DNA of 46,248 bases, from positions 1-46,248 of IMG/VR virus record IMGVR_UViG_3300032163_000001; one strand, written 5' to 3'. The notes below the pieces were generated by a model that saw only the letters and a list, made by a program, of their open reading frames with translations, searched no databases and had not been told where the DNA came from. The first letter of the stretch is position 1; each line of letters begins with the position of its first letter. Below, piece by piece: positions 10,247-20,947 of the stretch. This stretch comes from a virus. Both the position numbers and the translations under genes were made by a program.

Positions 10247-11150
10247 ACTTAACCAATTAATATCTTTTTTAAAAGAAAATTCTAGAGAACAAAAGTCTGG
10301 AATTTTTAAAACTCCTGGTACACAGAAAAGCGTTAAAAAACCAGAAGTTGATATAAAGTCTTTAATACAAGATCTACAAACTAATATTCATTCTGATGTT
10401 CCAGCAAAAACTAAGACCTCTAAAGGATTCAATATTCAAAAGTTTGAATTCTTAATGAGGTCTAAGCTTATCGATGAATATAAAAGGATTCAGAGTTTTG
10501 ATAGACCATATATTTCTGTTACAGAACTTTGTTCTTGTCTAAGGAAGTGTTATTACGAAAGAAAAAGATATCAAGTAGATATTAATGAATTATTTCGTTT
10601 CTCTTACTTAGCTCTTCTAAAAGAAGTTGGAACTTTTGTACATAAGTTTATACAATCTATTTATGGGTTTACTGAGTCTGAAAAAACAATCATTAGTGAG
10701 AAATTTAAAGTTAAAGGTAGATTAGATTCAATTGAAGAAAATATTTTAGTAGAATTTAAAACTGTAGATCCTTCTGATTTTAAAGATACTTATTCTATTG
10801 GGGATTATCATCAATCTTTGATATATTCTTATATATTGAATACTGAGTATAATTATAACATTGAAGGGATTACGTTAGTTTATATTCTGAGGAATTTCAA
10901 AAAAGTTGTTCCTTTTGACTTAGAGGTGGATTCTAAACTAGCTAAGTCATATTTAGAGAGATCTCCGCTTCTTCTGAGAAGTATAGAGAAAAATGAAGTG
11001 ATTGATCCAATCGGAGGGACCATAGAACAATGTAATTATTGTCTTTATAAAAAGTACTGTGAAAAAGATAAGAAGAACATTGTAACATTATTTACTCCTT
11101 TATCTAATGTAAAGAACGAAGCAGATGATAAAACTGTTGTTTTATTATAG
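10236..11150 (+). CDS. Cas4-like PD-(D/E)XK exonuclease with a 4-Cys (Fe-S) signature
   Basis: One N-terminal Cys region (TELCSCLRKCYY). GRLDS...ILVEFKT (D...ExK). YHQSLIYSY (QxxxY). C-terminal CNYCLYKKYC triad. This is the Cas4/RecB-nuclease/AddB pattern. Confidence 0.6.
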   Translation: MENELNQLISFLKENSREQKSGIFKTPGTQKSVKKPEVDIKSLIQDLQTNIHSDVPAKTKTSKGFNIQKFEFLMRSKLIDEYKRIQSFDRPYISVTELCSCLRKCYYERKRYQVDINELFRFSYLALLKEVGTFVHKFIQSIYGFTESEKTIISEKFKVKGRLDSIEENILVEFKTVDPSDFKDTYSIGDYHQSLIYSYILNTEYNYNIEGITLVYILRNFKKVVPFDLEVDSKLAKSYLERSPLLLRSIEKNEVIDPIGGTIEQCNYCLYKKYCEKDKKNIVTLFTPLSNVKNEADDKTVVLL

Positions 11151-11172
11151 TTAATTTTGGAGGAACCAAGTT

Positions 11173-12192
11173 ATGATAGTAATGTACCCTATGTTAGTAT
11201 CTACTACTCTTTCTACAGATACACTTCCAGCAATAACGAAAGTTCTAGAAAAGTTTATTTTACTATATAGAATGGATGAGTTTATAGAACGATTTAAAAG
11301 AGCTGATTTCTTAAAAGCAGCTGCTCAAACAGCAGCTAAGTTAATAGGTCAAAAAGATTATAAAGATCAAATTTCAAATATTTTAGCTGAACAAGAAAGT
11401 GAAGAAAATATATATGGAGGAACAAAAAAGCTCCCAAAAGAAAGAGAAAGAGAAAAGAGACCTTATGATCCTCTTGAAAATTTTAAAGTACAAAATGTTG
11501 ATATTCGTTCACCATCAAGAGAGTCACTAAGTCTTGAACCAACATGGCTTAAAATACAACACCCTAAATGGGGAGATACAGTAGTTGGTGTAAAAGCACT
11601 ACCCTTTCCTGTTTCTTCAGAATATAATTTAATGTATTATCTTACGCAAGATATGACTGCTAATATGCTAACATCTTATGTAAAAGGAAAAATAAGGACA
11701 TGGGGAAGATCTTTTTGGTCTATAATCAGAGGAGCACATATTCCAATTGTAAGTAAGCTTTTAACTAAGACTTTAACGGGTGATCCCTTAAAAGATATTC
11801 TTTATGGAGAAACTTTATTTAGACATAATATATTCTGTATGGTTAACTATAATGATACAGTTACTAGTGGATTACTAAAAGATCCTAAAATTTTAAGAAA
11901 AATGTATGGTATGGGATGGAATTCTTTAATTTTTTCAGACGACATTAATAGAAAATCTATTTTCTGTATGAAAGAATTTGAAGGTTTGTGTTCTACTATC
12001 CCTTATCAAATTATGGGTGCTAGTTTTGGATCAGATTATAGTAAAGTATTTCAATCAATGGAAGAAGTAAGAAAGGCATCAGCATCATTCTTTTCTTTGA
12101 AGAGTCCTAAAGGTTTGTTTGTAGAAGGTTTTACAAACATAGATAATTACTTAAAAAAGTTGTTTGAGGAGAAAGATGGAAGAAGTAAATAA
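11173..12192 (+). CDS. hypothetical protein
   Basis: 339-aa ORF with a GGAGGA ribosome-binding site. Confidence 0.45.
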   Translation: MIVMYPMLVSTTLSTDTLPAITKVLEKFILLYRMDEFIERFKRADFLKAAAQTAAKLIGQKDYKDQISNILAEQESEENIYGGTKKLPKEREREKRPYDPLENFKVQNVDIRSPSRESLSLEPTWLKIQHPKWGDTVVGVKALPFPVSSEYNLMYYLTQDMTANMLTSYVKGKIRTWGRSFWSIIRGAHIPIVSKLLTKTLTGDPLKDILYGETLFRHNIFCMVNYNDTVTSGLLKDPKILRKMYGMGWNSLIFSDDINRKSIFCMKEFEGLCSTIPYQIMGASFGSDYSKVFQSMEEVRKASASFFSLKSPKGLFVEGFTNIDNYLKKLFEEKDGRSK

Positions 12193-12853
12193 CATTAGTG
12201 AGATAACTAATATTAATGAAATAATAGAAAGTCCTACTAACTTCCAAATCCATAGTGATGTAAAGAATCTAGAACTTTATACTGAAGATTATCCCTTTAA
12301 ACTTTCTCTTAGAATTAAGAACTTTACAGACGAATCTAGCTATGTAAGGTTTGTTAGAAATTGTGAGAAGTTATTTAGAACCTGTTTAGAATATAGATTA
12401 TGGAAGAACTATATAACAGATGTTTTGAGATTTAATACATGTATGATTACTAATGAAAAAATGGATGAGGTCAACATTGAAATTCACCACCATGTTCCAT
12501 CGTTGTTTATTTTAATGAAAACTTTAGTTAATGAATGTATAGATACCACTTCACCTTTTTCAACATTTGATATTTGTCTTAAAGCTATAGAAGTACATTT
12601 TTCTAATAAAATTGGATTTATTCCTTTACTTAGTAGTATACATGAAAAGTTTACCAATGGATATTTAGATATTCCAATTGAACTTATAAAAGGTAACTAT
12701 AAAGAATTTTTGAGTTCGTATGCTAAATTTATATCTGAGGAAGATATGGATGTAATTAATAAACGATTAGCTACTAATTTTCAGAACTATAATGCAACTA
12801 ACTGGAAAAAAGATGAATACCCTGGAATTGAAAATGCTAGAACGAATTTGTAA
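12176..12853 (+). CDS. hypothetical protein
   Basis: ORF with a GAGGAG ribosome-binding site before the ATG at 12176. The track start at 12164 is also possible. Confidence 0.4.
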   Translation: MEEVNNISEITNINEIIESPTNFQIHSDVKNLELYTEDYPFKLSLRIKNFTDESSYVRFVRNCEKLFRTCLEYRLWKNYITDVLRFNTCMITNEKMDEVNIEIHHHVPSLFILMKTLVNECIDTTSPFSTFDICLKAIEVHFSNKIGFIPLLSSIHEKFTNGYLDIPIELIKGNYKEFLSSYAKFISEEDMDVINKRLATNFQNYNATNWKKDEYPGIENARTNL

Positions 12854-13508
12854 TTATGGGTGTGGACAAGTAGCTAAATACCAATTTAAGAATGGTAAAT
12901 GGTGCTGCAGTCAGAAGTGGCAGTTTTGTGAAGGGATAAAAAAGAAAATAAGTGAGAAAAATACTGGAAAAGTTCGAACTTTAGAAGCTAGAAAAAAATT
13001 ATCTCAAAGTCACTTAAGTCAAAAGTCACGTAAAAAAGGTAAAACTTACGAGCAATTTTATGGAGTAGAGAAAGCAAAAGAAGTTAAAAAGAAGTCAAGT
13101 GAAAGTCATAAAGGAAAACCCGTAAATTTATCTGAAGATGGAAGAAAAAGAAAAATAGATTGGATGAAAAATGGAGGTTCTGTTTATATAAATTCGTTCA
13201 ATAAAAATCCATCAAGTCAAGAGATTGATCTTAGGAAAATAGTTTTAGAACTATATGTAACTGCCAAACCCCAGTACAAAGTTCTAAACTATTCTATAGA
13301 TATAGCTTTAGTTGAGTATAAAATATCTATTGAGTATGATGGTTGGTATCATTTTGATTGTCAAGAACATGTAGATTATCACAAAAAGAGACAAGAAGAA
13401 ATTGAAGGAGAAGGTTGGAAGTTCTTAAGATATAACATTTTTCAACCATTTCCAATAAAAGAACAAGTTGAAAGAGATATACAGAGGTTAAAATGTCAGT
13501 TACAATAG
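12813..13508 (+). CDS. homing endonuclease-like protein, paralogue of 6806-7510
   Basis: Same architecture as 6806-7510: CNYGCG...GKWCCSQKWQFC, KKLSQSHLSQ NUMOD3-like motif, C-terminal IEYDGWYHF. The start is ambiguous between 12792, 12813 and 12834. Confidence 0.5.
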   Translation: MNTLELKMLERICNYGCGQVAKYQFKNGKWCCSQKWQFCEGIKKKISEKNTGKVRTLEARKKLSQSHLSQKSRKKGKTYEQFYGVEKAKEVKKKSSESHKGKPVNLSEDGRKRKIDWMKNGGSVYINSFNKNPSSQEIDLRKIVLELYVTAKPQYKVLNYSIDIALVEYKISIEYDGWYHFDCQEHVDYHKKRQEEIEGEGWKFLRYNIFQPFPIKEQVERDIQRLKCQLQ

Positions 13509-13885
13509 ACCAAGAAAGTAGACAACGAATTCGCGTGCCATTCGATATTGATAATATGTGTAATCGTTATAAGACAGATTCAGAAATTTATGTTTTTCCG
13601 TCGTTTAGTTTATGGACAATCCAAAAGAACTTGTTTTATTTACTAAGGAATTCTGTCCTTGTAGAATTTGATCCTAAGTATAAGTATCGTCCAGATTATA
13701 TGTCCTATGATGAGTATGGTACAGTGTCTTTATCTTACTTACTTATGTATATTAATTCTGTTGATTGTATAGAAGATTTTGACCTAAATTCTGTAATTAT
13801 TCCAAGCTTGTCTTCTATCGTTGATATTTGTAAAGATAAATTTCCTAAACTAGATGTGATTAATCTAGGAGGAGTTAATTTCTAA
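13493..13885 (+). CDS. hypothetical protein
   Basis: 130-aa ORF that overlaps the upstream stop. Confidence 0.4.
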   Translation: MSVTIDQESRQRIRVPFDIDNMCNRYKTDSEIYVFPSFSLWTIQKNLFYLLRNSVLVEFDPKYKYRPDYMSYDEYGTVSLSYLLMYINSVDCIEDFDLNSVIIPSLSSIVDICKDKFPKLDVINLGGVNF

Positions 13886-14779
13886 ATGAATGTTGTTAAA
13901 GATCAATTTCAATTATTAAAAGATACGCCCAATATTTTGAACTTACCTGCAGCAGATTTAAAGAGTATTTTAGTACCAAGAGGGTCTAACCAAGTTTATG
14001 CTGTTTTAAAATTACAAGAGAGAAGAATCAAGCATTTTACAAAAGATACTATTTTTACTGTAATAAGTGAGCCAAGAACTAGAGAAAAAATTCATGTGGT
14101 TGTTTACCCAGAATATATTTTACCGGTATCATATAATAAACCAACTAGAGGAATTGTAATTAATTTAGCAGCGTTTCAGGTGGATGATATATCTAGAGTA
14201 AGTCCTATAAATATATATGCGTGTTTGATTTATGGACTAACTTTTTCTAAGTTAGTTTTGTCAAAAGCAGATGCTAGTCAAGTTTCTTCAGCTGTTGTTA
14301 ATTATTTACTAAGCGTTTTTATCAGACTATTTGGAAAGAAATATGGACTACTAGGAATTTATTCAAGAGAGATAAATAAATTAAAATTCTTAATTTCATG
14401 CTACGTGTTAGTTTCGTTTTTTGGAACAGATGTAAAAAGGACATATTTACTATCTTCTTCGTCTTCATTTTTTGATTATAAACCTATAGAGAGTGAGTTG
14501 GATGAGTTTGACTTCTCTAACATAGAAGATTTTATTAGATCACTATCACATTTTAAAGTTATGCCTGGAATTAATAAATATTCTTTTCTGCAAAGATTCT
14601 TAAATATTTTTGATATTAATTTTATACCTGGGTTAGAAGATGTTTCAAGATTTGTTGCTTCTTTGATTACAGCTAGTTTTAAAGGATCTGATGTAATACC
14701 AACTCGAATTTCACATTATAATGAAGATGAATATAGTAAAATCCTTAGATTTGGATACGTAATTTTTAAAGGAAGTTAA
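13886..14779 (+). CDS. hypothetical protein (possible virion component)
   Basis: 297-aa ORF with an AGGAGG ribosome-binding site, directly upstream of the baseplate-like gene. Confidence 0.4.
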   Translation: MNVVKDQFQLLKDTPNILNLPAADLKSILVPRGSNQVYAVLKLQERRIKHFTKDTIFTVISEPRTREKIHVVVYPEYILPVSYNKPTRGIVINLAAFQVDDISRVSPINIYACLIYGLTFSKLVLSKADASQVSSAVVNYLLSVFIRLFGKKYGLLGIYSREINKLKFLISCYVLVSFFGTDVKRTYLLSSSSSFFDYKPIESELDEFDFSNIEDFIRSLSHFKVMPGINKYSFLQRFLNIFDINFIPGLEDVSRFVASLITASFKGSDVIPTRISHYNEDEYSKILRFGYVIFKGS

Positions 14780-14782
14780 AAC

Positions 14783-15646
14783 ATGGATGAGACTGGACGA
14801 GTTCTTGGTATCTATAGAGCAAAAGTTGTTGATAATAAAGATCCTGAGAAATTTGGAAGAGTTAAGGTTTGGATTCCAGCTTTGATGCAGAGTGTAGATG
14901 AGAATAAAGGATTATGGGCTAGAGCTGCTAATAATCCGGTTGGCGGAAGAAACGAGAAAGAGGGAGAGGATAGTTATTATTATGGAACTTGTTATATACC
15001 AAGAAAGAATAGTTATGTACTAGTTTTTTTCGAAGGTGGAAATATTAACCGACCCTATTACTTTGCTTCCTTAGAACTAGAAAGTGCTAAAGTTCTTCCT
15101 GAAAATCAATTAGGAACAAACTACGAAGATAAGTGGACTATTTTTAAATCTCATGCAGGAAGATGTATTGTCATATCAGATGATCCCGACGATGCTAGAA
15201 CTGAAATCACTGGAAAGAAAAGGCAACTCACAGGAGGACCGTCAGGAGATACTGGCTCAGTTTATACTATAGATACAAATCAAAGTACAATATTGATAGA
15301 TGAAAGACCAGGAAAAGAGAAAATTTTAATTAAAACTCATAAAGGAGATTTTATAAATATCAATGTAGAAGAAAGAAGTTTGAGTATGCAATTTTTTGGA
15401 AATATCGATATTCGTTCTAAAGGATCTATCTCAATCCAAGCAGATGGTAGTTTAAATATAATAGGAGCTAAGTCTACGAATGTAGAAACCCCTGGAGGTT
15501 TTAATCTAAGAGGTGGAAGGAAAGCGATGATAACTGCTAGTGAAATCCATAATAGAGGAATTCATCATAGGGCTTGGGGTACAATTGTACTTGCCCAACC
15601 AGCAGGTAAGACAGAGAAAGCAGATACTAAAGGAGACCGAGAGTAA
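14783..15646 (+). CDS. baseplate spike/hub protein, gpV (Mu gp45)-like
   Basis: N-terminal IYRAKVVDNKDPEKFGRVKVWIPAL resembles the Phage_base_V signature (G.V..V.DP....RVRV..P). Confidence 0.45.
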   Translation: MDETGRVLGIYRAKVVDNKDPEKFGRVKVWIPALMQSVDENKGLWARAANNPVGGRNEKEGEDSYYYGTCYIPRKNSYVLVFFEGGNINRPYYFASLELESAKVLPENQLGTNYEDKWTIFKSHAGRCIVISDDPDDARTEITGKKRQLTGGPSGDTGSVYTIDTNQSTILIDERPGKEKILIKTHKGDFININVEERSLSMQFFGNIDIRSKGSISIQADGSLNIIGAKSTNVETPGGFNLRGGRKAMITASEIHNRGIHHRAWGTIVLAQPAGKTEKADTKGDRE

Positions 15647-16365
15647 TGGGATTAATTAGATCATCAATATGTGACGCAATTTCAAGTCAATTAGAAGACT
15701 TAATTCAAGAAGTTGAGAACTTTAGATATATAGCACAAAGTCAAATAGACACTGTTACAAACTCACTTATTGAACTTAGAGATGCTGCAGCTTTTTCTAC
15801 GATAGAAGAAATACAACAAGCATTTTTTGATGTTCAAAATGCTCTTCAATTTATTATCCCACCAGTTGATATGTTTGATGAAATTATAGCAATAATTGAA
15901 TCATGCAGTTTTCTTAGAGCTGATTCTTTCTTTGCGAATCCAGCAATTTTAGCTTCATTTATACTTGACCAGTTAAAAAATCGTTGTATGGAAATGCTTT
16001 TTGATGTTTCGGATTTACCCGAAATACTCTTGAGTAGATTCTTAGCTGATATTGGTAACCTACTCCCATCGATGGGAGTTGATGTAGCTATTGTTAGAGC
16101 TAGACTCCTCATAGAATGTTTAACTAATGTTTGTGGAATAAATTCTACTTCATCTTTGTATAGATTAGTTTCTGTAGTACATTCAACACATGTTACCTAT
16201 ACCGGAATATTCAATCCAACTGCTTTGATGGAGTCTGTAGAAATAGAACCAACAGTTATAGGACATGTAAATTCGTCTGTAGCTATTGTTAATAATATTT
16301 ATACGTCAGTTGAAAATAATTGTAATCTAGCAATCGATTCTTTTAAAGAAAGATTTCCTACCTAA
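15646..16365 (+). CDS. hypothetical protein
   Basis: 239-aa ORF whose ATG overlaps the upstream stop. Confidence 0.4.
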   Translation: MGLIRSSICDAISSQLEDLIQEVENFRYIAQSQIDTVTNSLIELRDAAAFSTIEEIQQAFFDVQNALQFIIPPVDMFDEIIAIIESCSFLRADSFFANPAILASFILDQLKNRCMEMLFDVSDLPEILLSRFLADIGNLLPSMGVDVAIVRARLLIECLTNVCGINSTSSLYRLVSVVHSTHVTYTGIFNPTALMESVEIEPTVIGHVNSSVAIVNNIYTSVENNCNLAIDSFKERFPT

Positions 16366-16461
16366 TTTCCTACCGTTCAGTTCGATTCCATGATAGTAAT
16401 TGCAGCTCTATATATTACAATAACATAAAGAGAAAGATAACTTTAACTAAGGAGGTAAATC

Positions 16462-17913
16462 GTGATTAAATTTGAACAACTGGGACAAAAGTCGTGGAAG
16501 TTGTGTAATGATGATCAGTGTATAGAAACGCTTGAACTTTCTTCTTCCTCCATCACTAACAAGTTCTCTATTGTTACTTCATTTATTGAGAATGTTTCTA
16601 AAAGTGTTGGAGATGAATTTGACCAGTGGCTAGTTCAATTTTTGAATGTATATAAGATGGCGGATGAGAAGAGATTTTTAGTGGTAGAAGAAAATATACC
16701 TCAGATGAAAAAATTTGTTGACTCTTATATAGATTCTAAAAATGTAAATTTTAGCCAGTTTGTTGATATGAGTAAGGCGAAAAAAACTAGCATCTTGTTT
16801 TATCCAGAAGAAATAGAAAAGATTATTAGATCGTCAAGTTATCTAAAAGTATATTCGTTAGTTTCGAATTCTGAAGGACTTAAATTAGATAGTAGATTGC
16901 ATAAAAAAGTTTATAATAAGTTAGTTTCTGATCTTCTTGAAGCAGACACTGTTTTTAAAGTGTTTAACATTGTTAAAACTAAAACTTTTAGATACAATAT
17001 TTCTGATAAGTATATGTGGGATTATATTAAAATGATACAGTGTAAGTCAATAGACATATATGCTGTAGAGATTTTTAATTTTATAATGAGCAGTATCTTT
17101 ACTTTATGTGATGAAAATAGAAACCCAATTTCTTATTTTATTAGTGTAGTTGATGAATCTGTGAAATGGTTTTTGAGATCAGTATACAAAGGATCTATTA
17201 TTTATGATGATTCAGTGGCTACAGAAGATATTCAAGCGATTCATATAGATAATTTAAGAACGTATACATACAATGATACTATTGGAAGACTAGAAAAAAT
17301 CGCACATGGGAAAATTCATAATGATTTAGAGAGATCAGTTATCTCTACATTTTCTGAAGATAAAGTTGATAAAATCATTCTGGATTTTGAGAAGAGAGTT
17401 TCTAGTGTAGAACATATTTCTCCACTATGTGAATGTTTAACTTTTCCGATTTTATCAATTGTTGCGGGTGTGCCATACGAGCACTTTAAAACTCTAACAC
17501 CAGATCATTGTATTGTTCTTTCAGTTTATCTTCAGTCATTATTGAAGAAAGTTTTTAATGAAGAGTATGAAAGTTTGTTTGATATGTTGAGTTATTTTCC
17601 TGAGAAAGCGTCTGTTGTACATACGACATATAAAATGAAATTATCGAATTTGAAAGATCAATTTCTACCACAGATGAATACTTGTAAATTCTTGAAGTTT
17701 AATGATAAAGTTTATTTACATGAGATTCTATCTTATTTTGTTGGCAGGATTGCTAGAGTAGATTTTATAGATGCTGTTACAGGAAAAGGTTTGGGCGGAA
17801 TTCCTCTTAGTAAAATTGAATCTGATATGATTAAGTTTTACTCTTTGTTCTTCAGTGGAAAATTCGAGAAAGAATTCGAAGAAGTAAAAGTGCTTTTGAA
17901 TAGTGATTTTTGA
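16462..17913 (+). CDS. hypothetical protein immediately upstream of the RNAP genes
   Basis: 483-aa ORF with a GTG start and a perfect AAGGAGG ribosome-binding site. Its stop overlaps the beta-prime reading frame. Confidence 0.45.
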   Translation: MIKFEQLGQKSWKLCNDDQCIETLELSSSSITNKFSIVTSFIENVSKSVGDEFDQWLVQFLNVYKMADEKRFLVVEENIPQMKKFVDSYIDSKNVNFSQFVDMSKAKKTSILFYPEEIEKIIRSSSYLKVYSLVSNSEGLKLDSRLHKKVYNKLVSDLLEADTVFKVFNIVKTKTFRYNISDKYMWDYIKMIQCKSIDIYAVEIFNFIMSSIFTLCDENRNPISYFISVVDESVKWFLRSVYKGSIIYDDSVATEDIQAIHIDNLRTYTYNDTIGRLEKIAHGKIHNDLERSVISTFSEDKVDKIILDFEKRVSSVEHISPLCECLTFPILSIVAGVPYEHFKTLTPDHCIVLSVYLQSLLKKVFNEEYESLFDMLSYFPEKASVVHTTYKMKLSNLKDQFLPQMNTCKFLKFNDKVYLHEILSYFVGRIARVDFIDAVTGKGLGGIPLSKIESDMIKFYSLFFSGKFEKEFEEVKVLLNSDF

Positions 17914-17944
17914 GAACAAATATAAAACTACAAAAGGGATAATA

Positions 17945-20900
17945 ATGTTAAAATTCTTAGATGTAGAAAAATTCTCAAGAAATCTTTTAGCCGTAACTAA
18001 TACAGAAATGTTTACAAGAACTGGCGAGCCGCATACACAGGGACTATTCTCCGAAGCTATTTTTGGATCTATTGGAAGTTTAGATAGGAGACAAAGGTAT
18101 TCTTACATTGATTTAAATATAAAGATAATTCATCCAGAGGCCTATAGAATCCTGATACAATTAGATAGGAAAGTAGAGAAATTCTTTTCCACAGAAAGTT
18201 TGTTCTCTTCAGATAAATCAGGAAAGTTAATTGAGTCTGAAGATGGAATAACTGGCATCTCTGAATTTATTAAGATATTTCCAAAGATTTCTTTTAGAGG
18301 TGAGACTTCGGAAAGAGAGAGACTTATTAAAGTGCTTAAAGAGTCATATACCTCTAATACGTTGTTTGTTTCAAAACTCCCTGTGATACCTCCAGATCTT
18401 AGGCCAGCATATACTGACGCTAAAGGTACTAGAATAATTGATCCTTTGAACGATTTTTATATTAGAATTTTAAGAAGATCTTTTCAAGTTAGAAGTGCTG
18501 GACCAACTGGAATATTTTCTGATCTTATAAGATATGGTTTACAAAAGTCTATTAATGATTGTGATACTTTTGTTAGGACGAAAATTGGAAAGAAAGGTGG
18601 AGTAGTTAGAGATCAATTACTATCTAAAAGAGTAGATTTTTCTGGAAGAGCTGTTATTACACCAAATCCAAACTTAGCAGTTAATCAAATTGGAGTGCCA
18701 TTAAAATTAGCAGTTAGTTTATTTGAGCCATTTTTACTACACGTTTTGTTATATTCAAATAAAATAAATAAGGAAGAACTAGAAAAAGAAATAGAAAACT
18801 TTTTACATACGAGTTTATCAGTAGACTCTGTGAAAAATGTAATGAAGTCGATTAAAGCTGGTCATGAGATTCCATCTAACCTTTATGAAATCTTTTTTAA
18901 TGCTGCTGAAATGGCTATAGCTGGACGTGTTGTTCTAGCAAAAAGAGATCCAGATTTACATCCTGAGTCTATTAGATCATTCTACCCAGTTTTAACAAGA
19001 GGAAACACTTTAGAAATATGTACGTTACAAGTTGGTGGATTTAATGCAGATTTCGATGGTGATGCTATGGGAGTTTTTCATCCACTAACTAATGAAGCAC
19101 AAGGAGAAGCGAAAGAAAAGATGATGAGACCCCAAACTGGGGTAACTTATAATTCTATAGCTTTTGAACTATCGAGAGAAATGTGTGTAGGTTTGTATTT
19201 ACTAACTAAAAGTGTTCGACCCAAGAATTCTCCTATTCATGTTTCTGAAGAAGATCTAGAAAAAGCTACAGATCCTTATATAGCAGTAGTTTATAGAAAT
19301 AAGAATACTACAATGGGAAAAGCTATTGTAAATAGTTGTTTTCCAGAAGCATTTCCATTTATAGATACTTTACTAACTAGAAAAGTAGCTAATGAGTTAA
19401 TAAATTCAGTTCTAGAAAAACATGGAAATAAACAAGGAGAACAAACAGCATCAAAACTCTCTAAAGTAGGATTTAAATTTGCTACTATAATTTCTCCTAC
19501 GTTGAAATTGTCTGATCTAGAAGTTCCAGATGAGATATATAAATTAAAGGAAAAAATGAAAGGAGTTTCAATTGAACAGGCAAATGTGTTGTTAGAAAGA
19601 ATGAGAAAGATAATGGTAGTTTATTTAAAAGATACAGGATTATATAATTTAGTAGAATCTGGTTCTACTAGAGGTTGGGATCAACCAATGCAAATTCTTG
19701 TAGCAAAAGGAATTATTGCTGATCCAAAAGGTAACCTTTTAGAACCAGTGAAAAGTTCATTATCTGATGGACTTACAACTACAGAATTTTTTAGAGCGGC
19801 TGCTGGTTCTAGGAAAGGAATTATTGATAGGGTTATAAATACTTCAGATACAGGATACTTATCTAGAAAGTTAGCTTATTTTTTAAGTCCAGTAGAAATT
19901 GATCCTTTTGTAAAAGATTGTAGAACTAAAAAGACTTTGTCGTTAAAAATAGATGAAGATTTATCTAGAAGACTACATGGAAGATTTATTGAATATGGTG
20001 GAAAACTTGTAGAATTTGATCCAAATCTATTTAGGACTGGTTCGCAGATAGACTTAAGGACTCCAATATATTGTAAGAGTCCAAGAATTTGTCATATATG
20101 TTATGGGAAATTAGTAGAAAGGCATAAAACTCCTTATGTTGGAATACTAGCAGCACAAATTATTGGAGAAAGAGGAACTCAAATTATCATGAGATCTTTT
20201 CATCTAGGAGTTGCTAAAATAGTTGAGAGAAGTATACTTAAAGAAATTGCAGAAAATGAGCCAATGATATCTCTAGATAAACTATCGTCTTATTTAGTCC
20301 AAAGAGATAATAGATTAACAGCTTTAAAGAACTGTAAAGTGATAATTGATATGAATGATTATGATGTTGGTGATAGTATGGTGGTGGAAGAAGATTCTAT
20401 ACAAGTTAAAAGCTTACTAAGTCAAATTGAGTTTGATGATGTAATTTTTTATTTGATTTTAGATTTTCCATGTAACTTGTATGTAGAGAAGAAAGTTGAA
20501 GAAGGTAAAGAGAGAATTGAATTGTTTTATAAAGAGGGTTCTACAATACTAGACGTGCCAACAGAAGTTACAGAAATGAAACAACAAGTTAACTATGTGG
20601 AAAGACTTATTGGTGGAAAAGAAGTGTTTAAAGACGTTGAACATTTATATCGAAAACTATATAAAGTTTACGCGCCTCTGTCTCCAATGGATTCAGTACA
20701 TTTAGAAATTGTAATATCACAGTGTTTAAGATACAGATTAAATCCTGCTTTACCTGCACGATTAGGGAAGACGTGGGATCCAGTATTGATTAATATAAAG
20801 AAGACAATATTTTCTAGCGGATTCATGCAGGGTTTGGCTTTCGAGAACGTGAACGAAGCTATCAAGGTAGGGTTAATTTCTGAGGAAGAGATTCCACCAT

Positions 20901-20947
20901 CAATTATTGAGAAACTAATGACAACTCCGCTTGTGGGAGCTAAATAA
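17945..20947 (+). CDS. multisubunit RNA polymerase beta-prime-like subunit (unsplit)
   Basis: GLFSEAIFGS matches ERDGLFCARIFGP. VSKLPVIPPDLRP matches LPVLPPDLRP. RVDFSGRAVITP matches RVDYSGRSVI. The catalytic NADFDGDAM motif is present. AAAGSRKGIIDRVINTSDTGYLSRKL is bridge-helix-like. AAQIIGERGTQIIMRSFH is trigger-loop-like. The ATG at 17945 (AAGGG ribosome-binding site) is preferred over the GTG at 17903. Confidence 0.85.
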   Translation: MLKFLDVEKFSRNLLAVTNTEMFTRTGEPHTQGLFSEAIFGSIGSLDRRQRYSYIDLNIKIIHPEAYRILIQLDRKVEKFFSTESLFSSDKSGKLIESEDGITGISEFIKIFPKISFRGETSERERLIKVLKESYTSNTLFVSKLPVIPPDLRPAYTDAKGTRIIDPLNDFYIRILRRSFQVRSAGPTGIFSDLIRYGLQKSINDCDTFVRTKIGKKGGVVRDQLLSKRVDFSGRAVITPNPNLAVNQIGVPLKLAVSLFEPFLLHVLLYSNKINKEELEKEIENFLHTSLSVDSVKNVMKSIKAGHEIPSNLYEIFFNAAEMAIAGRVVLAKRDPDLHPESIRSFYPVLTRGNTLEICTLQVGGFNADFDGDAMGVFHPLTNEAQGEAKEKMMRPQTGVTYNSIAFELSREMCVGLYLLTKSVRPKNSPIHVSEEDLEKATDPYIAVVYRNKNTTMGKAIVNSCFPEAFPFIDTLLTRKVANELINSVLEKHGNKQGEQTASKLSKVGFKFATIISPTLKLSDLEVPDEIYKLKEKMKGVSIEQANVLLERMRKIMVVYLKDTGLYNLVESGSTRGWDQPMQILVAKGIIADPKGNLLEPVKSSLSDGLTTTEFFRAAAGSRKGIIDRVINTSDTGYLSRKLAYFLSPVEIDPFVKDCRTKKTLSLKIDEDLSRRLHGRFIEYGGKLVEFDPNLFRTGSQIDLRTPIYCKSPRICHICYGKLVERHKTPYVGILAAQIIGERGTQIIMRSFHLGVAKIVERSILKEIAENEPMISLDKLSSYLVQRDNRLTALKNCKVIIDMNDYDVGDSMVVEEDSIQVKSLLSQIEFDDVIFYLILDFPCNLYVEKKVEEGKERIELFYKEGSTILDVPTEVTEMKQQVNYVERLIGGKEVFKDVEHLYRKLYKVYAPLSPMDSVHLEIVISQCLRYRLNPALPARLGKTWDPVLINIKKTIFSSGFMQGLAFENVNEAIKVGLISEEEIPPSIIEKLMTTPLVGAK

